DNA of 64,000 nt from an uncultured Nitrososphaerota archaeon (GCA_963842885.1 CAWJIE010000005.1:32001-96000), one strand, 5' to 3'; counted from the stretch's first letter, positions 28,279 through 40,018 are shown. Notes: a model not told the origin generated them from the sequence alone. A program made the numbers and translations.

Positions 28279-29199
28279 TTGTTTTCCGCTCTTATGCAGA
28301 CCGCCGGCCAGCTCACCAGCTTGGTCGCGGTTCTGATCTTCCTTGCCATCATCGCCTTGTTCCTGTCGATGGCCATCAAGATCGTCAAGGAATACGAAAG
28401 GATAGTGGTGTTCAGGTTTGGCAGGGTCTTGGCGGAGAAGGGTCCTGGCCTCGTGCTGATCATCCCCTTCATCGATCAGCCAAGGAAGGTCGACCTCAGG
28501 GAGCGCTTCATACAGGTCCCGCACCAGACCTGCATCACCAAGGACAACGCCCCCGTCGACGTCGACTTCATAGTATACTACAAGGTGTTCAACGCGGCCG
28601 ACTCCGTCATCCAGGTGCAGAACTTCGAGGGAGCCGCCATGGGCATTGCCACCACGACGCTCAGGGCCGTCATCGGCGACATCGCCTTCGACGAGGTCCT
28701 GGCCAAGAGGGAGTCGGTCAACGCCATCCTCAGGACCAAGCTGGACGAGGTCACTTCCAGGTGGGGCGTCAAGGTCGCCAACGTCGAGATTAGGGAGATC
28801 CTTCCGCCGAAGAACGTCTCCGACGCCATGATCCTGCAGATGTCCGCCGAAAGGAGCAGGAGGGCAGTGGTCACCGAGGCGGAAGGGAAGAAGACGGCCA
28901 CGGTCACCGTGGCCGAGGGCGACAAGCAGTCCCAGATCCTGAGGGCGGAGGGCGACAGGCAGGCAGCGATCCTGAGGGCCGAAGGGTACGCTCAGGCCCT
29001 GGGGACGGTCTTCGGTGCCGCGAAGTCCATCGACTCCAAGACGATGGTGCTGCAGTATCTCGACGCGCTCAAGACCATCGGGTCCAGCCCTGCGACCAAG
29101 TTCATCTTCCCGATGGAGTTCACCGAGCTCATGGCGCCCATACAGAAGTTCCTCAGCTCGAGCTCCCACGACGCGAAGGAATCGAAGGACGACAAGTAG
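28279..29199 (+). CDS. SPFH/stomatin family protein
   Basis: YER.VVFRFG, ITKDN, WGVKV..VE, AER.RRA. Confidence 0.95.
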   Translation: MFSALMQTAGQLTSLVAVLIFLAIIALFLSMAIKIVKEYERIVVFRFGRVLAEKGPGLVLIIPFIDQPRKVDLRERFIQVPHQTCITKDNAPVDVDFIVYYKVFNAADSVIQVQNFEGAAMGIATTTLRAVIGDIAFDEVLAKRESVNAILRTKLDEVTSRWGVKVANVEIREILPPKNVSDAMILQMSAERSRRAVVTEAEGKKTATVTVAEGDKQSQILRAEGDRQAAILRAEGYAQALGTVFGAAKSIDSKTMVLQYLDALKTIGSSPATKFIFPMEFTELMAPIQKFLSSSSHDAKESKDDK

Positions 29200-29339
29200 G
29201 CCGAGGCTTGGCTGCTCGCAGCGCCTTTGCCCAGGGAACCCTCCGAGCCAACCCACGACCGCACCCGCAGATGACGCGTCTCCCGACCCCCTCATTCCCG
29301 CCGCATATCATAATTAGTAGGGAGGGCTCACCAGAGACG

Positions 29340-30947
29340 TTGCCCCTCCTCAACCTGGGCTCGCACGACGGCAGCCCGTTCTTCGCCGACGCCGACCGGA
29401 TCGTCACCGGAAGGACCTGCGTCATCGGCGCAAGCGGCAGCGGGAAGAGCTACCTTGTGGCCGTCCTGTGCGAGGAGCTCTGCAAGGCTGGCATACCCTT
29501 CCTGATCATCGACACAGAGGGCGAATACTACACTCTCAAGGAGAAGTACAACCTGCTGTGGGTCGGAGACGACGAAAGGTGCGACATCAGACTGAATGAG
29601 CTCAGGCTCGACGACCTGGCTGCGGCCGCCCCCGAGAGCCAGCCCATCATCCTCGACCTCTCCGAGACGGGAGACCAGCCGTCGGTGCTGGGGACCTTCC
29701 TGACCGCGTTGTACTCGGAGGTGTCGCGCCGCAGGCTGCCCTACCTGGTCGTCCTCGAAGAGGCCGACCGATTCGTCCCCCAGGCCGGAGAGAGGCTCCC
29801 GGTGCTCGACGAGATAGCCCGCCGCGGGAGGAAGAGGGGACTCGGCCTGGTCATCTGCACTCAGCGCCCTTCCGTGGTGGACAAGAACGTCCTCAGCCAG
29901 TGCAGCAACCAGCTCATAGGGAGGCTGGTCATAAGGAACGATCTGCAGGCCGTTTCGCATTTCTTCCCGGGGCAGCGGCTCCCGAAGCAGCTCACCACGC
30001 TCGCGCCGGGCTCCTTCTACGCCATGGGAGACCTGGCGCCGCAGCCTATCCAGGTCACGGTAAGGGCCAGGGAGACTAGCCACGGAGGGTTCACGCCGCT
30101 TCTATCGTCCAGGCCGCCTGCGCCGCTCCTCCCCTATCCCAGGAGCTCCACTCCTCATGGCATAGGCACATCCGCAGAAGGACGCGAGCGGGCGCAGGCC
30201 GGTGTGGCCCCCTCGGAGGCTACGGGGCCCGGTGGGACCTTCGGCTTCGCGTCGCGCATCAAACCGGCGGAAGTGCCCTCCCTGGTTCGGCTGGCGAGGA
30301 GCTATGTCCTCTTCGGTGGAAGGGAGATGATAGTCGGCGTCCAGAAGGTTCTGGTGCCCATCACCGAGCTGGTCGTGAGGTCCAAAGTGGGGCTGCTCAA
30401 GAAACACTATGAAACGAAGTATCTCCTCATCGACGGCCGAGATGGACGATCGGTGGAGGTGGGCGACGGCATATCCTTCGGCCTGGGCTTCTCACAGGTC
30501 TTGGGTCTGGAACAGAGGGACATCGAGGTACTTCAGGCCTTGGAACCCAACGGCGAACTCACCGTCTTCGATCTAGTAAAGAGCGTCAGGCTCTCCGAAG
30601 ACCTCGTCCGGCAATCGCTCAAGACCCTCGAGGACCGGCGCCTCGCCCTTTCCTACCGTCGGGGGAGGGTCAAGGTCTACCATAGGACGGTGGACGTTCC
30701 TCAGATTAGACTCGGGCCGAGGCAGGCCGTGGTCGAGAAGATCGACGAAGGGGGCACAAGGGAGGCGCCCAGGGCGAAGGACGAGGAGCTTCGCCAGATC
30801 GTCAGAGGCCTGGTCGAAGGGGGAGAGGTGGAAAGGACCTCTCTGATTTACTATCCTCTCTACAGGGTGCGGCTGGAGTTGAACGGGAAGGGGAGGACCG
30901 TGTGGATCGACGCCAGGACAGGCAGACAGGTGGAGACCGCCCAGTAG
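29340..30947 (+). CDS. HerA/DUF87-like ATPase with C-terminal winged-HTH region
   Basis: GASGSGKS, IIDTEGEY, LEEAD, GRKRG, TQRP. Confidence 0.85.
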   Translation: MPLLNLGSHDGSPFFADADRIVTGRTCVIGASGSGKSYLVAVLCEELCKAGIPFLIIDTEGEYYTLKEKYNLLWVGDDERCDIRLNELRLDDLAAAAPESQPIILDLSETGDQPSVLGTFLTALYSEVSRRRLPYLVVLEEADRFVPQAGERLPVLDEIARRGRKRGLGLVICTQRPSVVDKNVLSQCSNQLIGRLVIRNDLQAVSHFFPGQRLPKQLTTLAPGSFYAMGDLAPQPIQVTVRARETSHGGFTPLLSSRPPAPLLPYPRSSTPHGIGTSAEGRERAQAGVAPSEATGPGGTFGFASRIKPAEVPSLVRLARSYVLFGGREMIVGVQKVLVPITELVVRSKVGLLKKHYETKYLLIDGRDGRSVEVGDGISFGLGFSQVLGLEQRDIEVLQALEPNGELTVFDLVKSVRLSEDLVRQSLKTLEDRRLALSYRRGRVKVYHRTVDVPQIRLGPRQAVVEKIDEGGTREAPRAKDEELRQIVRGLVEGGEVERTSLIYYPLYRVRLELNGKGRTVWIDARTGRQVETAQ

Positions 30948-31069
30948 GGCCTTCTTCGTCCTGGTACGACGGTCTAATCCCGTCCAGCAGAAGGCTCGCG
31001 CCCGGGAGTCTTCCGACAAAGACGAAGGAGGGCTCCTCTCATATGGCTGATTAGCTTTGCTCGCTTTTC

Positions 31070-31363
31070 TCAACCGCCAGCGACGGGCGGTATCAGGACG
31101 ACTTCGTCTCCGTCCGAAATCTTCTCCTTGCCCATGGCGGCCGAGGGGCAGACCATGCCGTTGTGGAGCAACCTGTACCTCCTTGGCAGCTTTCCGTTAG
31201 CGTCCAGCACGGTGGGGACGAGCTCATCCGCGTGATGGGTCGCCAGCCACCGCAGCACATCTATGACCTTGCCTCCTTCCACTTGTACCTTCTCTTCGGA
31301 CATCCCCATGGCCTCTCTCACAAGCGCGAAGTACCTCAGCGTAACGGTGACCAACTCCGTCAC
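31070..31363 (-). CDS. MoaD/ThiS/SAMP ubiquitin-like protein
   Basis: YFA.VRE N-terminus, C-terminal PPVAGG; GTGA overlap with gcvPB. Confidence 0.88.
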   Translation of the reverse strand: MTELVTVTLRYFALVREAMGMSEEKVQVEGGKVIDVLRWLATHHADELVPTVLDANGKLPRRYRLLHNGMVCPSAAMGKEKISDGDEVVLIPPVAGG

Positions 31364-32848
31364 TCCTTCACCGGCGTGGCCCACCGCAGCTTGAGGCTCA
31401 GAGGGTGCGAGGCCTTGAAGTCGTCCAGCTGGCCAGACGAGTTGCACAGGGGCCTCTTCATCACGTCCTCGGGATGGTCGCCAGCCTCCCTTCCGATCTC
31501 GTTCAGGTTGTGTGCAAAGCGATCAATCTCCTCGACGGGCTCGGTCTCCGTGGGCTCGATCATCAGCGCCTCGTCCACGATGAGCGGGAAGTAGATGGTG
31601 GGGGCGTGCTGGCCCTCGTCGATGATGGCCTTCGCGACGTTCAGGGCTTTCACGCCCGTCTTGGCCAGCGGCTTGGAGGACACGACGAATTCATGCTTCC
31701 TCGGGACCCCTTCGGCGTAGGGGAGGGAGTAGTACTTCGGGTCGAGCTTCTTCATCAGGTAGTTCGAGGAAAGGACGGAGAGGCCGGAGACCTCCTTCAG
31801 GCCCTCCGGTCCCAACGTAAGAAGGTAGGCGTAGGCCCTGACGAGGACGCCGACGTTGCCCCAGAAGCTCTTCACCCTTCCCACGGAGTGAGGGAGCTCA
31901 TGCTCCCAGTGATAGAGGCTGCCGTCATAGGCGAGGAGCGGCGTGGGGAGGTAGTCGTGGAGGAAGGCCTTCACGCAGAGGGGGCCGGCCCCGGGGCCGC
32001 CGCCCCCATGGGGCGTGGAGAACGTCTTGTGGATGTTCAGGTGGACGACGTCGAAGCCCAGGTCCCCGGGCCTGACCCGGCCGATGATGGCGTTGAGGTT
32101 GGCGCCGTCGTAATACATCAGGCCGCCGGCCTCGTGGACCAGCTTCGAGATGGTGAGGACGTCCTTCTCGAACAGCCCCAGCGTGTTGGGGACGGTCATC
32201 ATCATGCCCGCCGTCCTCTCTCCGAGGAGCTTCTTCAGCTCCTCCAGGTCGACCAGGCCCCTCGAGTCGGTCGACACTTTTACGACCTTGAAGCCGGCCA
32301 TCTGGGCGCTGGCCGGGTTGGTGCCATGGGCGGAGTCCGGTACTATCATTTCGTCTCTCTTGGCGTCTCCCCTGACTGCGTGGTACTTCCTGATCATGAG
32401 CGCGCCGAGGAACTCGGCATGGGCTCCGGCAGCCGGCAGGGTCGTCACAGAGTCGGTGCCGGTTATGCTGGCCAGCATGGTGGAGAGGTCGTAGAGCATG
32501 CTGAGCAGGCCCTGGACCGTCTCGTGGAGCTGGTACGGATGGGCGTTGACGACCTTGGGGTGCGAAGCGATCCTGTCGTTGAGCTTCGGGTTGTACTTCA
32601 TGGTGCAGCTGCCGAGGGGATAGAATCCCGTGTCGACGGAGAAGTTCATCTGGGAAAGGCGCACGAAATGCCGGACCACCTGAAGCTCGCTCAGGCCCGG
32701 GAGTTCGACCTCCTCCCTGAGGAGGTCCTTCAGGCAGGTCGACTTCGACGGTCCCGTCGATTGGGGGCGGCGGAACGAATCCTATCCTCCCCTTGCGACC
32801 CAGCTCCACCAGGAGCTTCTCCTCCCATCTGGCCTGTCTGTAGCCCAT
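31360..32848 (-). CDS. gcvPB: Glycine dehydrogenase subunit 2, frameshift near 32720
   Basis: YPLGSCTMKYNP, HLNIHKTFSTPHGGGGPG. Confidence 0.95.
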
Positions 32849-32852
32849 GCTC

Positions 32853-34236
32853 CTAAAGCACCTTCCCCAGGGCGCCGACGAGGCGATCCACGTCCGGCTT
32901 CATGTGCACCTCCGTGACGGAAATGAGCGCCTCCCTGGACATCTCCGGGTAGAACCATCTGAGAGGCAGGCGCGGCCAGGACTCCCTGCGCGCTGACCCT
33001 CCGGAAGAGGTCGGCTCCCGTCAGGTCCTGAGAGATGTGCGCGATCGCGAACTCGTTGTAGAACTTGGACTCGAAGGCGGGGACCGAGTAGCTCTTCAGC
33101 TCGGCCACCCTCTTCGCCGCATAGTGGGCGTTGGAGTAGATCGTCCTGCTGAGGGCCTTCAGCCCGTCACCTCCCAACAGCGAAAGATACGCCGCGGCCG
33201 CCACCGCCATCAGGGCCTGGTTGGTGCAGATGTTCGACGTGGCCCTCTCCCGGCGGATGTGCTGCTCCCGAGATTGAAGGACGAGCACGTAGCCACGCTT
33301 CCCTCCGTCCTTCTCGGTGGTCTCGCCGACTATCCGCCCCGGCATCTGCCTGATGAAGGCCAGGTCCCCCCTGGCGGCGAAGATGCCGAGGAGAGGCCCG
33401 CCGTAGCTGAGGGGAAGGCCGAGGGGCTGACCCTCGCCGACGACTATGTCGGCGCCGTACTCGCCCGGGGCCTTCAACAGCCCGAGGCTCGTCGGCTCCG
33501 CCCCCACGATGAACAGCGCCTTCTTCCGGTGGGCAAGCTCCGCCATCTCCCGGACGGCCTCCTCGACGCAGCCGAGGAAGTTCGGCTGCTCCACGTACAC
33601 CGCCGCCGTGTCGTCGGCGGATACCTTCAGGGAGCTCAGATTGGTGAGCCCTGAGCGGCGTTCGAAATCGGCCTCCTCTACGTGCCCTCCGGCCGCCTCA
33701 ACGTATGTCCTGATGGCGTTGCGTCGGTCGTAGCCCGACGCCCGGCTGACGACTATGCCCTTCCTACCGGTGACCCGGATGGCCATGAGGGCGGCCTCAG
33801 CAGCCGCTGTCGCCCAATCGTACATGGAGGCGTTGGCGGCGTCCATCTTCGTGAGGTCACAGATCAGGCTCTGGTATTCGAAGAGGGCCTGCAGCATCCC
33901 CTGGCTGGCCTCGGGCTGGTAGGGGGTGTACGAAGTGTAGAACTCTGAGCGGGAGCAGATGAGCTGGACGGCCGGCGGGATATAATGGGGCCAGGCACCT
34001 CCTCCCAGGAAGCAGGAGGAGGGAGGCATCGTCTTGTCGCCAGAGAGCTTCTGCTCCACGATGCGCTCGATCTCCATCTCGGTGTAGGGGCCGGGTATGT
34101 CGATGGGCCGCTTGGCGAAGGCCTCTGCCGGGACGTCCGCGTAGAGCTCGTCGATGCCCTTGACGCCCAGCGCCTTCAGCATCCACTCCCTGTCATTCTC
34201 GTCGGAGTTGGGAAGGAGATGGGAATACGGCTTCAA
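32853..34236 (-). CDS. gcvPA: Glycine dehydrogenase subunit 1, frameshift near 32920
   Basis: YTPYQPEASQG, REQHIRRERATSNICTN. Confidence 0.95.
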
Positions 34237-34459
34237 TTCGTCGCTAGCTGGATTCTGGTTTTCTTTAAACTTACCCCTAGAGGTGGCCTGTCGCCGCCTG
34301 GCCGATGCTCTACCGCTGGGTTCTTCGCCCGGGGATCGCACGCGGTGACGGTCTGCCGGTGACCAGTCGGATGAGGCCGGCCCCTCCCCCTCGAATCTCG
34401 GCCCATCTCGTCCAAAAGGATAAATAACGACCATAGTTGACGATGGTCGAGAATTAGCT

Positions 34460-36604
34460 TTGAATCACAGGCTCCTAGCCCTGTTGCTGGTGCTGTCTCT
34501 TGTGCTCCCCTTCGCGTCGGTGGCCACTCACGCGGACGGGACGCCCACCACGCTCATCTACGTAGCCAACCAAGTCAACATCGACTATTTCGGGGGCGTG
34601 GCGATCTCCACGACCGTGACCGTTGTGAACAACGGCACCTCAGGCACGGGTCCCCTGTCGGTGAACGTGACATACGGAGGCGTTCTCACCCCATATATCA
34701 CGAGCTTGGCATCCAACTACAACGTGACGAACATGGACAGGGGCGGATACCACGTCCTACATGTTCAACTTGGCCAGCCTGGGAGCCGGCAACTACTCAC
34801 AGATAACGCTCAACCTGCAGCTGACGGGGATTGTGCAGGAGACCTCCCCTGGCGTCAGGACCTACAACCTGACCAGCTTTCCCTTCGTTGATGTCACCGG
34901 CGGCGTGCTCACTAACGCCACCGCCTCCCTCGGCCTCCCGGCGGGCGTCAACGTGACCACCGACTTCACCCAGTACGGCTTCACCCAAGCCTTGGCCGGC
35001 ACCCCGTCGTATACCTTGGTGTTCACCAACAACACGGTCCCCCAGGTGAGCTTCGTCCCGGTGAGCTACGTCCAGCCTGACATACTGTTCTCGGTGAACA
35101 ACAAGGTTGCGATCGACAACTTCGGCTGGGTCTACACGGACACCACCGTGACCGTGAACAACACCGGACAGGCGGCTACGGGGAATCTTGACGCCAACCT
35201 GACCTACTTCGGGCTGTACGTCCCCTATACCTGGAACCAGAGCTCCAGCTCCACGCTGATCTCCACTCAGGAGACCAACACCACGACATCCTACATGCTG
35301 AGCCTTCCAAGCATCGCGGCGGGCGGGAGCGCCCAGCTCCTCCTGCACTTGAAGACGTGGGGGATGATCAACGAGTTCACTGCGGGGACATACACGTACA
35401 ACCTGACGAACTTCCCGATCGTGGGTATCCCTGGAGGTGGCCTGTACAACGCCACCTCCCTGATTTCCCTGCCGGTGGCGACCACGGTGAGCTCCGACCT
35501 CACCCAGTACGGCTTCGTCCAGCAGCCGCCGGCCAACCCGACCTATGAGCAGTTCTTTACGGAATACACCGAGCCCGTCCCCACCGTCTACTCCGTGAAC
35601 TTCACTGCGACATCGTCGGACAACTTCGGGCTGTTCCAGATCGACAGCGTCCAGAGGACGGTCGGTATGGCGGGTGACGGATCCGTCCTGGTGACCGACA
35701 CCGTCTCCATAACCAATTTCGATACCCAGGACCTGTCCACCTTCAACCTGACCCTGCCCATCTCGGGCCAGTACAGTCTGAAGATGGGATGGGTCGACGG
35801 CGGATACATCACCTTGAGCGACGGGCTGATCACGCTTCCCGTCCCCATCTCTGCCTCAAGCCTGCAGAACCTGGTGATTCAATACACGCTGCCGAGCAGC
35901 GCCGTGAAGGACAATTCGGGGACGATTACCATTGACCTCGGCGCAGGAGCGCTGAACTATACCAACCTCGTGCAATCCTACTCCGTCATCTTCAGCTTCC
36001 CGTCGGGCACCGTGGCACAGGCCTCTACGCCAACATCATTCGTGAACCAGTCGGTAATGCCGGAGGTCGTGCTTACGGCGAAGGTTCCGCTGGGGTGGAA
36101 CCTCTACCTGGCGGCACCGGCCATCGTGGGGCTTCTCATAGCAGCCGTCTTCATATTCTTCCTGTACAGGCGCGCCAACCTTGAGCCCTTCGAGGAGGAC
36201 GGCGTCTCCATTATCCAGGCGAAGGCCGACGTGATCACCTCCCTGCTGGAGCAGTACAGGCTCCGCGGCGAGGGATTCTCATCGTTCGACGACTACTCGG
36301 CCAAACGCAGGTCTCTGGAAGAGGAGAAGACGAAGGTCGACGCTCGCCTACAGGAGTACAAGGTTAAGGGCGCTGAAGGACAAGGCTCAGAAGTCCCTCT
36401 ACGAGAAGATGGCCGTGGAGGACGCCCGCCTGGAGCAACTTTACAGGGAGGGCAAGGTCTCCCTGGAGGAGTGCCTGGCGACCAGGCTGTCTCAGAAGGA
36501 CTTCGACGCCAAGATTCGAGAAGCTCGAGTTGGCGGCCCAGCCCACGGACCTCTTCAAGAAGGCTGAGCAGAAGCAGGCACAGGCAAAGCCTGCTAAACA
36601 ATAG
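34460..36604 (+). CDS. Large type-I membrane glycoprotein, ribophorin-I-like; several frameshifts
   Basis: Signal peptide, repeated beta-rich domains, many NxS/T sequons, TM helix, charged helical tail. Confidence 0.65.
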
Positions 36605-37379
36605 AGTCCTTGAGAGCTTCGCTGCAGCGGCAGCCCCTAGCCTTGGGCAGGGCGGGGATGAGCGCGGACAGGAGCCGTTGCACCTTCTCCACGTTGTGCT
36701 GAAGGGTCTCCACGACCTCTTGGGCGCTGACGGGCCTGTCGGCCCAGACGTCGTAGTCGGTCACCATGGCCACCGTCATGTAGCACATCCCCTTCTCTCT
36801 GGCCAGGTTCACCTCGGGCACCAAGGTCATCCCTATCACATGGGCACCCCAGGCCTTGAACAGCGCCGACTCCGCCCTGGTGCTGAAACGGGGCCCTTCG
36901 ATGCAGACGTAGGTCCCCCTCCCATGGAAAGCCAGAGAGAGAGCCCTGCACTGGGCATGGGCCACCTCGCTCATCTCCGGGCAGAAGGGGTCCGCGAGCG
37001 AAACGTGGGCGACCTGGCCTCCATCGTAGAAGGTGCTCTCTCGCTTCTTGGTCATGTCTATGAACTGGTCGGGGAAGACGATCTGGCCCGGCTCTATTTC
37101 GGGCTGCAGGCTGCCTACGGCCGAGGGGGCGATGATGCGGGAGACGCCCAGCTCCTTCAGGGCCCAGATGTTTGCCCGGTAGTTGACCCTGTGCGGTGGG
37201 ATCCTGTGGCCCTTCCCGTGCCTGGGTATGAAGGCCACCTTCCTGCCTTTGAAGTCGCCCAGGGTCACCCTGTCCGACGTGTCGCCGAAGGGCGTGTACA
37301 CCTTGATCTCCTCGGCGTCCCTGAGCATGGAGATGTCGTAGACGCCGGAGCCTCCGATGATGCCTATCTCCGCTTCCAA
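36594..37379 (-). CDS. mtnP: Methylthioadenosine/methylthioinosine phosphorylase
   Basis: GIIGGSG, PRHG..H, EGPRFSTRAES, MVTDYD. Confidence 0.93.
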   Translation of the reverse strand: MEAEIGIIGGSGVYDISMLRDAEEIKVYTPFGDTSDRVTLGDFKGRKVAFIPRHGKGHRIPPHRVNYRANIWALKELGVSRIIAPSAVGSLQPEIEPGQIVFPDQFIDMTKKRESTFYDGGQVAHVSLADPFCPEMSEVAHAQCRALSLAFHGRGTYVCIEGPRFSTRAESALFKAWGAHVIGMTLVPEVNLAREKGMCYMTVAMVTDYDVWADRPVSAQEVVETLQHNVEKVQRLLSALIPALPKARGCRCSEALKDSIV

Positions 37380-37479
37380 CCGAAATCCGAAGCCTCTTGC
37401 TCCGCGGCGCTATTTATCCATGACTCGCCCGAGGCCTTCGGGCTAGCCTTTTTAACCCGTCCGTCGAGATAGGACAATC

Positions 37480-38775
37480 GTGGCAGCCCTTCGCTACAGG
37501 TCAAAGTACCTCCTCCCGTCCGCCGGCGAGGGCCTTGTGGAGGGAGGCTGCGTAGTCGTGGACGGCGGGAAGCTTTCGTACGCGGGCCCCTTTGGAGCAT
37601 CGGGCGATTCCGGTCCTTTCGAGGACACGATCGACCTGGGCGATGCGGTAATGATTCCCGGGTTCGTCAACACCCATTGCCACTCCGCGATGAGCATCCT
37701 CAGGGGGGTGGGGAACGGCCTCTCCCTCGATGACTGGCTCCGGAAGAAGGTCTGGCCTCTGGAGGATCACATCCGCGAAGAGGAGATGGTTTCAGGCAAC
37801 CTGCTCTCCATGATCGAGTACGCCAGGAGCGGAATCACCTCCTTCATCGACTTCTACAACGTGAGGCCACTGCTGAAGGCGCTCTCCAAGATTAGGATGA
37901 GGTGCACCCTCTCCCTCGCGTTCATGGACCTCGTGCCGGCCATGAAGGAGGAGAGCTGGAAGCGCCTCGGCCAGGTCGACCGATATCGCCGAGAAGTGGA
38001 GGACGGAAAGGGCATGCGCTCTCTGGCGTTGGCCGTCCACTCCTCCTACGCTTGCTCCGAGGAGATGCTGAGGGGCGTGGCGGACGCCGCCTCGACCAAC
38101 GGCCTGATGGTGACAGGGCACCTCCTGGAGGCGCCCACGGAGGCAGGGCTGGTGAAGGCGAGCTGTGGCGTCTCTCCCGTGACTCTGTTGGAGAGGACGG
38201 GCATCATCGGTCCCAGGTTCCTCGCCGCCCACTGCGTCCATCTTGACCGGCGGGGCATAGGCCGCCTGGCCAAGGCGAAGTCGTCGGTGGCCCACTGCCC
38301 CAGGTCGAACTCACGCCTTGGGGTGGGGGTAGCCCCAGTCAAGGAGATGATGGAGAGCGGGCTCAACGTAGCCCTGGGGACGGACGGCGTGGGAAGCGCT
38401 GACTCGGTGGACTTCTTCGAGGAGATGAGGACGGCGGCATACCTCCAGCGGTCGTTGAACGCCGACGCCACCCTTCTCCAGCCTAGGGAGCTCCTGGCCA
38501 TGGCCACCGGCAACGGCGCCAAGGCCCTCGGCAACTCGGGCATCGGCCGCTTGGAGAGTGGACGGATGGCTGACTTCACCGCGGTGAGGCTGGATCGGGC
38601 GCACCTTAACCCCATGCTGGACCTGGTGGGCAACTTGGTCTTCTGCGCCCGGCCAGAGGACGTGTGTCTGACCGTGTCAGGCGGGAATGTCATTCAGGCC
38701 GAAGGGGAGGTGCCGGGCGTGGACGCCTCTTCGATCGTGCGGAAGGTTAGGGAGATTTCGAGCGGGCTCGGCTAG
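37480..38775 (+). CDS. Amidohydrolase (MTA/SAH deaminase-like)
   Basis: PGFVNTHCH, HLLE, AHCVH, GTDG; context between MTAP and SAHH. Confidence 0.8.
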   Translation: MAALRYRSKYLLPSAGEGLVEGGCVVVDGGKLSYAGPFGASGDSGPFEDTIDLGDAVMIPGFVNTHCHSAMSILRGVGNGLSLDDWLRKKVWPLEDHIREEEMVSGNLLSMIEYARSGITSFIDFYNVRPLLKALSKIRMRCTLSLAFMDLVPAMKEESWKRLGQVDRYRREVEDGKGMRSLALAVHSSYACSEEMLRGVADAASTNGLMVTGHLLEAPTEAGLVKASCGVSPVTLLERTGIIGPRFLAAHCVHLDRRGIGRLAKAKSSVAHCPRSNSRLGVGVAPVKEMMESGLNVALGTDGVGSADSVDFFEEMRTAAYLQRSLNADATLLQPRELLAMATGNGAKALGNSGIGRLESGRMADFTAVRLDRAHLNPMLDLVGNLVFCARPEDVCLTVSGGNVIQAEGEVPGVDASSIVRKVREISSGLG

Positions 38776-38784
38776 CCTGCCTCC

Positions 38785-40018
38785 TCAGCGGTCCAGGTAC
38801 TCCTTCTGAGCCCTGCTGAGGCTGTCGATTGAGACGCCTTCGTCCTTCAGCTTCAGTCGCGCCACTTCGAGGTCGGCGTCGGCGGGGACCGCCAGCACCT
38901 TACTCGGGAGGCGCCCCCTGCTCTTGACCAGATGTAGGACGGACAGCAGCTGAAGCGAGAAGCTCATGTCCATTATCTCGATGGGATGGCCGTCGGCTGC
39001 GGCTATGTTCACCAGGCGCCCTTCGGCCAGAAGGAGGAGCCTCTTTCCGCCCTTCAGGGTGAACTGGGTCACGTTGGGCCTGACCTCATCCTGCCTCAGG
39101 GCGACCTCCTTGAGCGCCTTGACGTTGACCTCGACGTCGAAGTGACCGGCGTTGGCCAGGATTACGCCGTCCTTCATGCAGGCCGAAGTGCCTCTTGCCA
39201 ACGATGTCGTCGCCGCCGGTGCAGCTCACGATTACATCGGCGACGCGCGCCGCCTCCTTCATGGGCATGACATCGTACCCTTCAAAGTGGGCCTCCAGCG
39301 CCCGGAAGGGGTCAACTTCGCACACCGCGACCCGGGCCCCCATCCCTCGCAGCCTCTCGGCGACCCCTCTGCCCACCCAGCCGAAGCCTGCTACGACGCA
39401 ACGGCGGCCTGCCAGGATCATGTTGGTGGACCTCATCAGGCCGTCCACTACGCTCTGGCCGCTGCCGAACCTGTTGTCGAAGAGGTGCTTGCTGTAGGCG
39501 TCGTTGACCGCTATCACCGGGAACTTGAGGGCCTTGTCCCTTTGGAGGTTCTTGAACCGCCTGACACCCGTCGTCGTCTCCTCTGTCACGCCGATGATGC
39601 CCTTGGCCATCCCTCTCTCCATGGCCATGACCGAAAGGTCGGCTCCGTCGTCAACGAGCACCGTGGGCTTCGAATCGAGGACCAGCCCCAGGTTGCGAGA
39701 GTACTCCTCCGCCGTCTCGCCTCTCCAGGCGAAGACATGGCTGACCTTCCTCGTAAGAGCCGCGGCGACGTCATCCTGCGTCGTCAGCGGATTGGAACCG
39801 GTCACGGAGACCTCGGCGCCCAGCTCCTGCATGATGGCACAGAGCACCGCCGTCTTCGCCTCTAGGTGAAGGCAGGCGCCCACCCGAATCCCCTTGAGCG
39901 GCTTCTCTTTCGCAAACCTCGATTCCAAGGCGTTGATGACGGGCATCCTTGCCCTGGCCCACTCCATCTTCTTGGCCCCGGCGGGAGCCAGAGAGACGTC
40001 CTTGACCGAATGCTTCAT
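38785..40018 (-). CDS. ahcY: Adenosylhomocysteinase, frameshift near 39180
   Basis: CLHLEAKT, EETTTG, FDNRFG, NAGHFD, DGHP.EIMD.SF. Confidence 0.96.

Noticed and set aside
34270-34400. Glycine riboswitch, SRP RNA or RNase P RNA
   Set aside because: Their conserved signature sequences are absent
36360-37472. C-terminal third of the 903-aa ORF
   Set aside because: Frameshift read-through into the antisense of mtnP; the real protein ends near 36604
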